Shown here piece by piece: positions 48,639-61,840 of a DNA stretch of 64,000 nucleotides. The notes under the pieces were generated by a model. The model was not told the origin of the DNA. It did no database searches and saw only the letters and a program-made list of their open reading frames with translations. The stretch lies in NCBI RefSeq assembly GCF_963921235.1, contig NC_086097.1, positions 135,720,001-135,784,000 of the forward strand. The letters run 5' to 3'. The position numbers and the translations under genes are program-made. How positions within the stretch are numbered: the stretch's first letter is position 1; every line of letters begins with the position of its first letter. The stretch is from Mobula hypostoma (lineage: Eukaryota).

Positions 48639-49789
48639 GCAGGAAGGTGCTTGAAATGATGTGAAGGTTTGTCTTTCCAACAACGTGAAGGCGTGTGCTT
48701 GAAACTTTGTAAAGGCCCGCATTTAAAATGGTGCGAAGGCCAGTGATTGAAATGGTGTGACCTGCACTTGTATAGACACAAGTTTCCACACTCAATTCTG
48801 CACTTGCAAGTCACCAACTCACTTTCAAGGACTCTACAACTTGAGTTCTCAGTATTATCTATCCACCAATCTATTTATTTATTATTTGCGCAGTTTGTCT
48901 TGTTTTGCACATCGGATGATTGTCAGTCTTTATTTATATATAGATTTTCATAAATTCTATTGTTTTTAAAAATTTTTCCTGTAAATGCCTGTGTAAGAAA
49001 ATGAATCTCACCATGGTATATGGTGACATATACGCACCTTGATAATAAATTACTTTGACTTGACTTGCAGATTAAGTCGGTGTTAAGGAAGGCAAATACA
49101 ATGTTAGAATTAATTTCAAGAGGACCAGAATATAAAGCAAGGATGTAATGCTGAGGCTTTATAGGACATTGGTCAGACTGCACCTGGAGTACTGCGAGCC
49201 GTTTTGGGCCCCTTATGGAAGAAAGGATATGCTGGCATTGGAGAGAGTCCAGAGGAGGTTTACAAGAACGATGCTGGGAATGAAAAGGTTAATGTATGAG
49301 AAGAGTTTGATAGCTCTAGGCCTGTGCTTGCTAGTGTTTAGAAGAATGAGGGAGTATCTCATTGAAGCGTATCAAATATTGAAAGGCCTCGATAGAAGTG
49401 GATGTAGAGAGGATGTTTCCTACCGGGGAAGAGTCTAGAATAGAAAGATGCCTGTTTAGAGCAGAGATGAGGAGGTAAATCTTTAGCCAGAGGGAGCTGA
49501 ATATGTGAACTTCTTTGACACAGGTGGTTGTGGTGGCCAAGTCACTGGGCATATTTAAAGTGGAGGGTGATACGTTCTTGATTAGTAAAAGTATCAAAGG
49601 TTACTGGGAAAAGACAGGAGAACGAGGTTGAGAAGGACAATTGATCAGCCATGGTGGAATGGTGGAGCAGATTCAATGGGCTGAGTGGCCTAATTCTGCT
49701 CCTGTGTCTTATGTTCTTATAAACTTGAGTTAAAGCACTGCAAAGGCCCGTGCTTGAAATGATGCAAAGGCCTGCTCTTGAAAGAATTG
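48639..49789. repeat. Degenerate 24-bp tandem repeat split by LINE insertions
   Basis: Units start at 48639, 48663, 48687, 48711, 48735 and at 49742, 49766; consensus approximately RAAGGCCCGTGCTTGAAATGRTGY. Confidence 0.75.
49065..49720 (+). mobile_element. CR1 3' fragment
   Basis: MLRLYRTLVRLHLEYCEPFWAPY.RKDMLALERVQRRFTR; cttatgttcttat tail. Confidence 0.9.
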
Positions 49790-51771
49790 TTGACTGTGAA
49801 TTGCACTACTTTTTCTGGATCGTAATCCAGTTCCAACAGAGAAGGCCAAACTGCTGTGTGCACGCACATCAGCCCCACAGTGACATTGATATCGACAGGG
49901 GACAGAATTGACTCTGGGGGATGGAGCTCATGGTCTGAGCCTCACAGAAATAGACAGCATGAGTCCTATATCAGTCTCCCGCCTCAGACCCCGTGTGTGC
50001 AGCACCACCCCCTGAGCAGATGGAGCTCCCTGCTGTAGAAGCGAGCTGACCCCTTTCACCCTTGTTGGGAAAGAGAAGGGTGGCCTATTGGCCCGCAGCG
50101 GTCAGACTCCCTGACTGATGAGCAGAGTGCAGAAGTGTACAGGGAAAGAGCCTAAACCCAGCCGTGACGTTGTGTAATCACCCAAAATCACCCCATCAGA
50201 GAAATGTTAAACAACATCGACAGCCTCTGTTAAAAATATTTAGAACAGGTCCTACCGAACAGGAAGGTCTGTTACTGAGAGTCAGTTAATGGGACGGCAG
50301 AGGTAGCATAATACTGTACTGAAGTCTTGCTTTGACCCTTGAAGACTTCACCTCACCGATTAAGGAAAACAAATAGAAATAATTTGTTTCCAGTGCTGAC
50401 AGCATCGTTTGGTCTAAGCATTTCGAGCAGAGACAAAAAGAGTCTTGTTACAAAGAACCAAATGGCATAAGCCAGTCAGGATTTTGATTCTGGCCCAGGA
50501 GGAAGAAATCCATCTCCTGGGAAAGCTGGCTTCCTTTGTTCTGAGCTTATTATTACAAGTGGGGGGGGGGTGGTGAGTGGTGGGTAGGAGTGGAGGTGGG
50601 GGGTGGAGAAAAGGGACAGTCAGAAAGGGATGCCATGGGGCATTTACAATTGTACAGGGTGTAAGAAGAGAGGGGAATGGAACTGATGGAATTGTTCTGC
50701 TGGGAGGCAGCATTAACCCGATAGGCTGAATGGCCTCTTCCTGTGTCTCCATAACGTTATTTTGACTCCGTAGCCCTCACTTTGCCACAAGTATATTAAC
50801 TCTTCATGCGTCTGCACTGGGACACGATTACGTCGCTGAATTAGTCTACACTGCTTTCACTTTTTCTGTAAATTCAACTGATTTCGACTAACAGGATGTC
50901 AGAAACTGGCAGAACATGTTCCAAAGTGTCTCACAGGAAAACTTCCTGCTCTAGAACCAGGTAAGGAGATGTAAGGGCAGGAATTGAGAGTTTGATTAAA
51001 GGAAGAATTAGGAGCTTTCAGTGGTGCCACGAGAAGAGCTGCTGCTTCTCAGCTGCAGAGAACAGAGACCAGGGTTCAATCCAGACCTTGGGTGCTGTCT
51101 GTGTGGAGCTTGCATGTTATTCCTCCCACAGAATAACGAGTTGGTGGGAGGAAACTGGAGCCACTGTATGTTGGTCGTAGCGTGTGGGTTGAGAGGTAGA
51201 GTGGAGTGGATGGGAACATGGAAAGTCAAGTTTATGGTCACATGGACAAGTACAGTGAGGTACTGGTGCAATGAAAAACCTGCTTGCAATAGGATCACAA
51301 GTATATAGGTACGGAATAACCCACAAAATAGAAATTAGACATAAATTGTAGATGACACTGAGGAGAAAAACGTGTAGGATAAGTACAGGCACAGACATGG
51401 CAGGGTGATGCGCCTGTTCCTTTGCTGAAAAGTACCACTGTTCCATTCTATAGCCAAAGAAAGAAGAGAGAGGCAGGGAGAGCGAGAGGTTTAGGGAGGA
51501 ATACTGGGGTATGGCACGCCTGTGGGTGGAGAATTTGAATCCATTTAAGTGTAATCAGGAGGCCAGAATGTGAGGAGCACAGAGAGCTGCAGCCTTAATG
51601 CAGGAAAGGGGGATTGGTGTAGATGGGTAAAGCTGTCACTCAGCAGGGACAGACTGGCTGCAGGGCCTGATCCTGGGCTTCACCACCCCATGACCCTAAG
51701 TCTGGAGCAGGTCGTGGAGGTCACGAGGGGCAAGCTCAAAGTCAAGGGCAAAATCAAGTTTATTGTCACAT

Positions 51772-52140
51772 GCGCTTTTTAAAACATAAACTTCTTAATA
51801 TCCTGACTTTTTGTGCGAGGAAGAACATTTTACTTTGTTGGAGATCCAATAAGGCGCCTGGACTTTCTGGTTGGCGTAAATTAATCATGGAATACATTCC
51901 TTTGGACTTATTAACATGTATGGTCACTCAAAAACAAATAGTTTTCATAAAACAAGGCAACCTTTTCTGCAATATGTAGATGTAAACCTGTCTGCTATAC
52001 TAATAAGGGCTTTTGTACAGGATGTTGTGGTGATGTCTATACTTTGATGGAAGTGTTCTGATAACTGATATCTGTGAGGGGAAGAAATGTAAATGTACCT
52101 GGAAACTGAAAGTTTTGTTATGCTGAGCAAAAAAAAAATT
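51772..52140 (+). mobile_element. L1-clade LINE 3' end with poly(A)
   Basis: LLNILTFCARKNILLCW...W..LIMEYIPLD; A-run at 52129-52138. Confidence 0.75.
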
Positions 52141-52845
52141 TTTTAAATTTAAAAAACACAAATTCTATATAATTTTTAGAAGATAGAGCATAATTTGAAC
52201 AAAAAAAGGCCCATTGTCGTGCAGTGTTCAAAGTCATCAGAGTGCAACTGAAAAAGGAACTGGAGGGAGTCAGTGAGCCATGCAGCTCTCATGGAGGGAA
52301 ATGGACAGTCAAGGTTTCAGGTCGAGACACTCCCTCATAATGTTGCTATACTGAGGTAGTGATTAGGGGTTTTCTAAAAATGGATGAGGATCTCAAAAGC
52401 AGAGCATTGATTCTGGAAACCAGTAAAGGTCACCAAGCACAAGAGGTGATGGTGAACATCACTTGCTGTGATTTGAAACAGAGTCAGCAAAGGTTTGGAA
52501 TGAGACTGAATTAATAAGGTAACAAAGTACTGGCGAAAGTTTCAGCAACAGAGGAACTGGAGTAATCAGAGCATAACAAAGCTAGCTAAGGCTGTCCATG
52601 TGTGTTGATTAACAGAATGAGAAACTCCAGGATAGCTAAAGATAGACAGGCAGTGATATCCGTGTGCTTGTTTGTATATGTGTGTGTTTCTATAGATCAT
52701 TGTGTGTTTGTATGTACTGATTTCTTTGTAATAAAGATTGATATTTATAAGAGAGACACACGAGACTACAGGCACTGGAATCTAGAACAACAAACAATCT
52801 GCTTCAGAAACTCACATATTTATTATCTATATGTTATTATGTATG

Positions 52846-52846
52846 A

Positions 52847-52890
<44 letters not shown>
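52846..52890. repeat. (GT)(AT)n(AC) microsatellite
   Basis: Direct reading. Confidence 0.9.
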
Positions 52891-55579
52891 CACTATACTA
52901 CTACTGTACTATGTATATAGTAGTAAATATTTAAAATGCATAATAAGGTACAAATGTTCATATCATGTAGTGTAAAGATTATATATCAATTTATATATTC
53001 ATGTGCTTAAATTTATCATATAATGTAAAACATAGATATTGTACTTGTCTCTCTCATTCGGGAAAATTTGGATAGAGAGGGATAAGTGCGGATTGGAAGG
53101 AATAAAAGGTCTTGTGGAACAGGAAAGTTCCTGCACTATTGGGGCTGTGTTAATGCCATCACAAACTGAACAAGGGAAATAGATGTACATATAACTTAGG
53201 AGTTCTGATCAAATTTTCTCACCTGGTTTCATGGAGAAGCTTTGAGGACGTTTCCCTGAGGAAGTTGTAGGTCATGTCCAATGGGATGAATTAGCTATCC
53301 TTTCATGCTGGGGACTCATTTTGGGGACTGTGAGTGCTGTTAATTGTTTTAACGATAATCTTTTTGTTTAACACAAAAGATAATGAAAATAAGATGCTTT
53401 ATTTGTCACATGTACGTCAAAATATCGAAGCATACAGCGAAATGTGTCGTTTGAGCCAACACAATGCGCGCACAATTTCATCATCCCAACCTGTGCATCG
53501 TTGGAATGTGAGACGAAACCGGAACCCAGATGAAACCTCTACAGTTACGGGGAGACCGGGCAAGTTGTGGGCATGGAGACACTTGCGGGCTGTTCCCAGC
53601 ACATCTCGGACTGTGTTGGTCACTAATGCAAATGACACATTTCACTGTATGTTGCAATGTACATGGGATAAATAAAGCTAATCTTTAAATTTGTAAAACG
53701 TTACCCTGACCACTATGCTACTGCACTCTCCTTTTTTTCTCGGGGAGGGGGTGGGGGCATTGGTGGAAGCCCTTCTCACAGTTAAACAGTGACTGCAGGT
53801 GAACTTAAAGTTAAATCAAGTTGCGTTTATTGTCATGGGCACAGGTACTGTGAGGTACAGGTGCAGTGAAAAACTTCCTTGCCGAAGCATCACAGACACG
53901 TGAGTACAAATGACACACAGAGCATGTTACACATAATTATACCTAAATTGTACAACACAAAGAAAAACAGGACTGTGGAAAACAAGAATGCAAAAAATCA
54001 AAATCAGAGACAAGTCTGCATTCCGTTATTGCTTATCCGTGTACTGCATCCATACACTGATATGATGAAATAACCTGTAATGATGGAATTTTTACTGTGC
54101 TAAGGTACACGTACCAATAAAACAATTTACTAAAATCCATGGTAGTGCCAGAGGTAGTCCATAGTGTCTGTTGCTGCGGTAAAGTGAGGGTTGTGCAGGT
54201 CATTTCAAGGAAATGATGGTTGTAAGAAGGGAGCCGTTCCTGAACCTGGTGGTGTGGGACCTCAGGTACACTCTGCCTGGCAGTAGCAGCAAAAAGTGGG
54301 CATGAACCAGTTAGTGGAGATCGTTGATGATAGATGCCACCTTCTTGAGGCAGACCAGTTAATCACAGGAAAACCTCTCCTCACCGTTGAGCACACCTAC
54401 AGGAGCACGGCCACCAAAAAGCAGTGTCCATCACCAAGGACCCTCACCATGCAGGCCGTGCTTTCGTCTCACTGCTGCCAAGGGGCAGTTACTACCCCTT
54501 AACCATCAAGCTCCTGAATTCATGTGGATAACTTCACTCACATTTGAACTCACTTTCAGTGACTCCACAACTCATATTACAACTCAGCATTATTTATTTA
54601 TTTGTGCATTTGTTTATTTATATACATTTTTCCATTTGCACAGTTTGTCTTTTGCAAATTGGTCGTTTTAGTCTTTGTGTGATTCTCCTGTATTTCTTTG
54701 TTCCACTGTGAATGCCTGTAAGAAAATGAATCTCAAGGTAGTATGTGGTGACATTTATCTACTTGGATAACAAATTTTCTTTGAACTTTGAACTTTGTGA
54801 TTAGTTTCGCTTGAAGAGCTGTGACCCACTACAGAGGATGGGACAAGGGTGGGAAACTCCTAACCAGCATTGAGGCTGTTGGTCAAGTGGCCTACATCTT
54901 CTGGAATTCAGTCCTCTTTGGTGGGCATTCATGGCTCTTCTAGGGTATGGAAGTCCACAGATTTGCATCTGTCTGCATAATAAAAATTACACCGAGGTCT
55001 CACATAGCCAGCATTTGCTTGGTTTGTCAGACATTGGAGAACTGAATATCGTCTCCGTCTGAAGCACTGGCTACTGAAGTTTGTCGGTAAGATAACAGTC
55101 TTTGCTATGCCTGGTATTTGCCATTCTCTGACCTTCCATTGGTCTCTGCCAGAACATCTCATATGAACTTGATGTATGGAAGAGGTCAGCTAATCCGTCA
55201 ATCCTAAAGAAAGACCAGGGCCATGACAGGTAATTCTTCAGACACTGGTACTGCAGATATATCTGGAGTGGAAGCTGCTTCATCACAATGCTGGAACATG
55301 CAACTCACAGAACTAATTCCCTAAAGACACCTCACTGCAGCAATTCTTCAGACACACAGCCAGGTCTCATGAAGGAGTTTTATTTTATAAAATAAATTTA
55401 AAATGAAATTCTCTGGAAATATGCTGTTTATTGATTACAGCTCACTGCTCAACGCTATCATCCCCTCAGTATTAATTAACAAGGGCTTAAAATTTTGAGT
55501 CACTGTCCCTCCTTCTGCAACTAGATTCTTGACTTCTTTATTGAGAGACCATAGTCAGTTCAGATAGACGCTACTGTTG

Positions 55580-56872
55580 CTGGATTTGTGAAAGGAAAAT
55601 CATGTCTGACGAATCTCATGGAATTTTTTGAGGATGTAACTAGTAGAGTGGATAGGGGAGAACCAGTGGATGTGGTATATTTGGATTTTCAAAAGGCTTT
55701 TGACAAGGTCCCACAGAGGAGATTAGTGTGCAAACTTAAAGCACACGGTATTGAGAGTATGGTATTGATGTGGATAGAGAATTGGTAAGCAGACAGGAAG
55801 CAAAGCGTGGGAATAAATGGGACCTTTTCAGAATGGCAGGCAGTGACTAGTGGGGTACCGCAAGGCTCAGTGCTGGGACCCCAGTTGTTTACAATATATA
55901 TTAATGACTTAAATGAGGGAATTAAATGCAGCATCTCCAAGTTTGCAGATGACACGAAGCTGGGCGGCAGTGTTTGCTGTGAGGAGGATGCTAAGAGGAT
56001 TCAGGGTGACTTGGATAGGTTGGGTGAGTGGGCAAATTCATGGCAGATGCAATTTAATGTGGATAAATGTGAGGTTATCCACTTTGGTGGCAAAAACAGG
56101 AAAACAGATTATTATCTGAATGGTGGCCGATTAGGAAAAGGGGAGGTGCAACGAGACCTGGGTGTCATTATACACCAGTCATTGAAAGTGGGCATGCAGG
56201 TACAGCAGGCGGTGAAAAAGGCGAATGGTATGCTGGCATTCATAGCAAGAGGATTCGAGTACAGGAGCAGGGAGGTACTACTGCAGTTGTACAAGGCCTT
56301 GGTGAGACCACACCTGGAGTATTGTGTGCAGTTTTGGTCCCCTAATCTGAGGAAAAACATTCTTGCCATAGAGGGAGTACAAAGAAGGTTCACCAGATTG
56401 ATTCCTGGGATGGCAGGACTTTCATATGATGAGAGACTGGATCGGCTAGGCTCTTACTTGTTGGAATTTAGAAGATTGAAGGGGGATCTTATTGAAACGT
56501 ATAAAATCCTAAAGGGATTGGACAGGCTAGATGCAGGAAGATTGTTCCCGATGTTGGGGAAGTCCAGAATGAGGGGTCACAGATTGAGGATAAAGGGGAA
56601 GCCTTTTAGGACCGAGATTAGGAAAAACTTCTTCACACAGAGAGTGGTGAATCTGTGGAATTCTCTGCCCCAGGAAACAGTTGAGGCCAGTTCATTGGCT
56701 ATATTTAAGAGGGAGTTTGATATGGCCCTTGTGGCTACGGGGATCAGGGGGTATGGAGGGAAGGCTGGTGCAGGGTTCTGAGTTGGTTGATCAGCCATGA
56801 TCGTAATGAATGGCGGTGCAGGCTCGAAGGGCCGAATGGCCTACTGCTGCACCTATTTTCTATATTTCTATG
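55580..56872 (+). mobile_element. Young 5'-truncated CR1/L3 LINE (RT and C-terminus)
   Basis: GKSCLTNL..VVYLDFQKAFDKVP; SGVPQGSVLGPQLFTIYINDL; SKFADDTKL; one in-frame stop at 55786-55788; (tttctat) tail. Confidence 0.96.
55588..56781 (+). pseudogene. CR1 ORF2 reverse transcriptase fragment (~397 codons, one premature stop)
   Basis: ORFs 55588-55788 and 55807-56781 are in the same frame. Confidence 0.9.
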
Positions 56873-57518
56873 AACCTCAGATGACGAGGAGGAGGTGTAC
56901 AGACATACACTAGCAAGACTAAGGAACTCCTGGGTGTCAACATCTCAGAGGATCTACCCTGGGCCCAACGCATTCATCCAATCGTGAAGAAGGCATGCTA
57001 GCTGCTTTATTCCTAATGTTGAGGAGATTTGGTAAGTCACCAAAGACTCTTGCGAATTTCTATAGATGCACATTGGAGAGCATTGTGACTGGTTGCATTA
57101 CAGCCTGGTATGGAGGCTCCCACGCACAAGACTGCAAGAGGGTGTAGAGGGTTGTAGATACAGAGACAACTCTCCACATCGAGGCCATCTACAAGGGGCA
57201 GTGCCTCAAGAAGGTGGCATCCATGTTCAGGATCCTCACCATCCAGGACATGCCCTCTTCTCATGGCTACCAGCAAGGAGGTGGTACAGGGGCCTGAAGA
57301 CCCATACTCAATGTTTTAGAAACAGCTTTATCCCCTCCGCTATCAGATCTTTGAATGGTCCATGAACCTGTAAACACAACAACCTTGCTATTCCTCTTTG
57401 GCACTATTTACTTATTTATTGTAACTTATTTGTTTATGTCGAACTGTAATGCTACTAAAATAATCAAATTTCACAATGTACAGTATGTCAGTGAGAATAA
57501 AAGTGATTCTGATTCTGA
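56873..57518 (+). mobile_element. Rex1/Babar LINE 3' part (upstream piece at ~55420-55570, split by the CR1)
   Basis: HALFSWLP..LKTHTQCFRNSFIPSAIRSLN; gattctgattctga tail. Confidence 0.8.
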
Positions 57519-58009
57519 AGATACTGCAGAGATATAGGAATAGATGGGCAGAAGAACAGAAGGATAGTAGATGAGTGGGTCATCAAGTTCCCACTGGCTC
57601 TTTGCAGAGCAATTTACTTGGCCTGAACTCTCCACTCTTGTCCCATAGCCATGCCTGTTACTTTCTGGCAAGCGCCCATGCAATTCTCTTATGAGAATGC
57701 TGATTCTTTGGCAATGCTGAAGTGCAGAGCATTGGAGAGCATCTTCCTTACAACTTTTGCCTATCACTTGTAGTGTGTGTCCCCTAGTCTGTAATCATCT
57801 GCTGTGCAGTACTGTGGAGTTAATATGGTGAACTGGCAGAGGCAAAGATTGAAGCTAATGAACCAGAAACAAAAGTTTAAGCCCCATCAGGGATTTTGGA
57901 TAATTAACTTTAAATAATTTAATTAAGTAAAGCCAATATCAGTAAATAGTGATCATGAATCGACCTGATTGCCTTAAGAACCCACTTAAGTTCACTTGTG
58001 TGCTTCAGG

Positions 58010-58305
58010 AGTGGCACGGTAGCATAGTGATTAACACAACACTTTATAGTACAGGCGACCCACGTTCAATTCTTGCCGCTGCCTGTAAGGAGTTCATATT
58101 TTCTCCCCGTGGCCGTGTGAGTTTCCTCTGGGAGCTTTGGTTTCCTCCGTCAGTCCAAAAACATAATGATTGGTCGGTTTGTTGGTCATTGTAAATTGAC
58201 CCATGATTAGACTAGGGTTAAATCTGTGGATTGCTGGGTGACATGACTCAAAAAACCAGAAGGTCCTATTCTACACTGTAGCTCACTAAATAAATAATTA
58301 AATAC
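58010..58305 (+). mobile_element. tRNA-derived V-SINE (HE1-like); further decayed copies near 18000-18190 (-), 48320-48460 (-), 51020-51220 (+), 63860-64000 (+)
   Basis: A-box-like gtagcatagtg, B-box-like gttcaattc, V core ttctccccgtg..gtttcctc, (taaa)n tail. Confidence 0.75.
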
Positions 58306-58314
58306 ATGTTTCTG

Positions 58315-61300
58315 CAGTCTCTTCAGTTACCTTTCTCAGAAACCTGAGCTGTAGTCCAGCTGGTCCAGGTGACTTATCTACCTTCAGACCTTTCAGCTTC
58401 CCAAACACCTTCTCCTTAGTAATAGCGACTTTTCCGACCTCTGTCCCCCGACACACTCAAATACCCGGCATACTGCTAGTGTCTTGCACAGTGAATATTG
58501 ATGCAAAATACTTATTCAGTTCGTCCGCCATTTCCTTATTTCCATTACTACCTCTCCTTTTCTGTTTTCCAGCAGTCTGATAGTTACTCTTGCCTCTCTT
58601 TTACTCTTTATATATCTGAAAAAACTTCTGGTTACTTCTTTGATATTACTGGATAGCTTACCTTCATATTTCAGTTTGGCTTTTTATGGCTTTTTTAATA
58701 GTCTTCTGTTGATTTTTAAAAGCTTCCCAATCCTCTAATTTCCCACTAATTTTTGCTATATTTTATGTCTTTTCTTTTGCTTTTATGCCGACTTTGACTT
58801 CCCTTGTCAAACATGGTTGCCTGAATCTCCCTTTAGAATACTTCTTCAACTTTGGGATGTATGTTTCCTGTGCCTTCTGAATTGTTCTCAGAACCCCCAA
58901 CCATTGCTGTTTGGCACCTTCCCCGCTAGCGTCCTCGACCAATCAACTTTGTCCAGCTCCTCTCTTGTGCCTCTGTAGTTCCCTTTACCCCACTGTAATA
59001 CTGATACATATGGCTTCAGCTTCTCCTTCTCAAACTGTAGGATGAATTCTATCACATTATGATCACCGTCTCCTAAGGGTTGCTTTGCCTTAAGCTCCCT
59101 AATTAAGCCTGGTCATTACATAACACCCAGTCGAGAATTGACGTTCCCCAAGTGGGTTCAACCACAAGCTGCTCTAAAAAGCCATCTCGTAGGCATTCTA
59201 CACATTCCCTCTTTTGACATTCAACACCAACCTCATATGCCCAATCTACCTGCATAATGAAATCCCCCATGACTAATGCAACAATGCCCCTTTTACATGC
59301 CTTTTCTATCTCCCAGTGTAATTTGTAGCCCACATCCTGGCTTCTGTTCAGAGGTCTATATATAACTTCCATCAGGGTCTTTTTGCCTTTTTATTTTCTC
59401 CAAAGTTTCTACATCTTTCGATCCTATGTCGACACTTTCTAAAGATTTTATTTTATTTTTTAACAACAGAGGCGCCCCACCCCCTCTGTCTACCTGCCTC
59501 CTTTTGATACTAGGTGCAGAGGGGAAGAAGTGGTTCCTGAATCGCTGAGTGTGTGCCTTCAGGCTTCTGTGCTTCCTACCTGATGGTAACAGTGAGAAAA
59601 GGGCATGCCCTGGGTGCTGGAGGCCCTTGATAATGGACTCTGATTTCTGAGACACCGCTTCTTGAAGATGTCCTGGGTACTTTGTAGGCAAGTAACCAAG
59701 ATGGAGCTGACTAGATTTACAACCTTCTGCAACTTCTTTCGGTCCTGTGCAGTAGCCCCCCCACCCCCCATACCAGACAGTGATGCAGCCAGTCAGAATG
59801 CTCTCCAAGGTACATCTATAGAAGTTTTTGAGTGTATTGTTGACGTGCCAAATCTCTTCAAACTCCTAATGAAGTATAGTCACTATCTTGCCTTCTTTAT
59901 AACTGCATCGATATTTTGGGACCAGGTTAGATCCTCAGAGATCCTGACACCCAGGAACTTGAAACTGCTCACTCTCTCCACTTCTGACTCCTTTATGTGG
60001 ATTGGTATCTGTTCCTTCGTTTTACCCTTCCTGAAGTCCACAATCAGCTCTTTCGTCTTACTGACGTTGAGTACCAGGTTGTTGCGGTGGCACCATTCCA
60101 CTAGTTGGCATATCTCACTCCTGTACGCCTTCTCATCTCCATCTGAGATTCTACCAACAATGGTTGTATCATCAGCAAATTTATAGATGGTATTTGAGCT
60201 ATGCCTAGCCACACCGTCATGGGTATACAGAGAGTAGAGCAGTGGGCTAAGCACACATCCCTGAGGTGCACCAGTGCTGATTTGCACGATTTTTAATCTT
60301 TTCAATATATGTATACTGTAATTGATGTATTTATTTATTTATTTACTTACTACTATTTTATTTTCTTCTATATTACGTATTGCATTGAATTGCTGCTCCC
60401 AAGTTAACAAATTTCATGACACATGCCGGTAATAACAAATCTGATTCTGGGTGTTAAACTCCCAACTATGATCTTCTTTCAGCCATGACTCAGTGAGGCC
60501 CACATCGTCATACTTACCAATCTCTAACTGTGCTACAGGATTATCTACCTTATTCCGTATACTGCATGTATTCAATTTTGACACCTTTAATCCTATATTC
60601 GTCACCCTTTTCGATTTTGTCCCTATGTTACTTTGCAACTCATCCCACTGACTGCAATTTCACCCTATCATCTGCTTGTCCTTCTTGACAATCACAGTGA
60701 ACACTGCATCTAGTTGTATACCAACCACCCCATCCCCCTGACAGGTTAGTTTAAATCCTCCCCACCCCCCAAAAAAAAACTCAAGCAGGTTTTCCCATGA
60801 GGATATTTATCCCCCTCTGGTTCGGGTGTAATCCATCCTTTTTGAACAGGTCAATACCTTCCCCAGAAGAGACCCAATGATCCAGAAACCCTGCGGCCTA
60901 CACCACTCCCTCAACCATTCATTCATTCATCTGTGCTATCATCCTATTCCTGCCCTGACTACCAGATAATACCGCTGGAAGTAATCCAGAGATTACTACC
61001 TTGAAGGTCCTGCTCCTCAGCCTCTTCCCTAACTCCCTATACTCATTGGCCAGGACCTCTTCCCCCTTTCTATCTACGTCATTGGTGTTAATGTACACCA
61101 CGACTTCTGGCTGCTCACCCTCTGTCCTGAAAACCTTCTGCAGCCGCTCTGAGATATTGTGGAAAGAACTCGGGAGGCAACACACCATTCTGGCTTCTCT
61201 TTCGCAACCACAGAATCTGCTGTCTGTCTCCTAACTGTTGAGTCTGCTGTCACTATTGTTCTGCCCGAATTTACTCTTTCCCTCTGAGACTTAGCGCTGG

Positions 61301-61420
61301 CCGAGCTGCCACTTCCCTGGCTGCTGCTGCTGTGCCCTGATTGGTCATCTCCACCAGCAATACCCAAAGGGGCACACTTGTTGCTGAGGGGAACGGCCAT
61401 GGGGGAACCCTACACTGACT
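58315..61420 (-). mobile_element. CR1 5' half: ORF1 SGNH esterase and ORF2 endonuclease, interrupted at 59511-60449
   Basis: ORF1 MVCCLP..EQPEVVVYINTNDV..VVISGLLP; endonuclease LNTCSIRNK..VGLTESWL, RGGG..LL, VIYRP, MGDF, ILDWVLCN. Confidence 0.9.
59511..60449 (+). mobile_element. Rex1/Babar LINE insertion with 5' inversion
   Basis: RT body on minus at ~59515-60280; its own 3' UTR and gattct tail on plus at 60281-60449. Confidence 0.85.
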
Positions 61421-61439
61421 GCTTATGAGAGGAGGGTGG

Positions 61440-61840
61440 ATAAGGGTCTCCGGAGCATCAAAGGCTGATGGACAACCTGCTGGAAGTATAAAAAATTATG
61501 TGAGACCTAGAAAGAGGTAGACAGTCAGAATCCATTTCCCTGAGATGAAAATGTCAAATAGCGGTGGGTGTAGCTTTAAGATGTGAGGGTGAAAGTTTAA
61601 AAAAAGTTTATGAAACAAGTCTTTTGCGCAGAGGCTAGGAGGTGTCTATAGAGTGCTGCTGAGTCAAGAAGTGGAAGCAGATATGATAACAATGTGTAAG
61701 AGGCATGCAGACTAGCATATGGCAGGCAGGGAATGGAGGGATATAGATCTTGTACTGGCAGATGGGCCAAGTTTAAACTGGCATTGTGGTTGTCACAGAT
61801 ACAGTGTGCTGAAGAACCTACTCCTTTGCTGTACAGTTCT
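61440..61840 (+). mobile_element. Decayed CR1 3' end
   Basis: aggctga..gga.acctg..gaagtataaaaaattatg; ttttgcgcagagg..gtggaagcagat. Confidence 0.65.

Noticed and set aside
48639..48758. Periodic repeat as a CRISPR-like array
   Set aside because: Units are contiguous with no spacers, there are no cas genes, and the context is vertebrate.
50106..50145. tccctg-a-CTGATGA-gcagagtgc-AGAAG-tgta-caggga resembles a hammerhead
   Set aside because: It has GAAG instead of GAAA, extra unpaired bases, no workable stem III and no Penelope context; probably chance.
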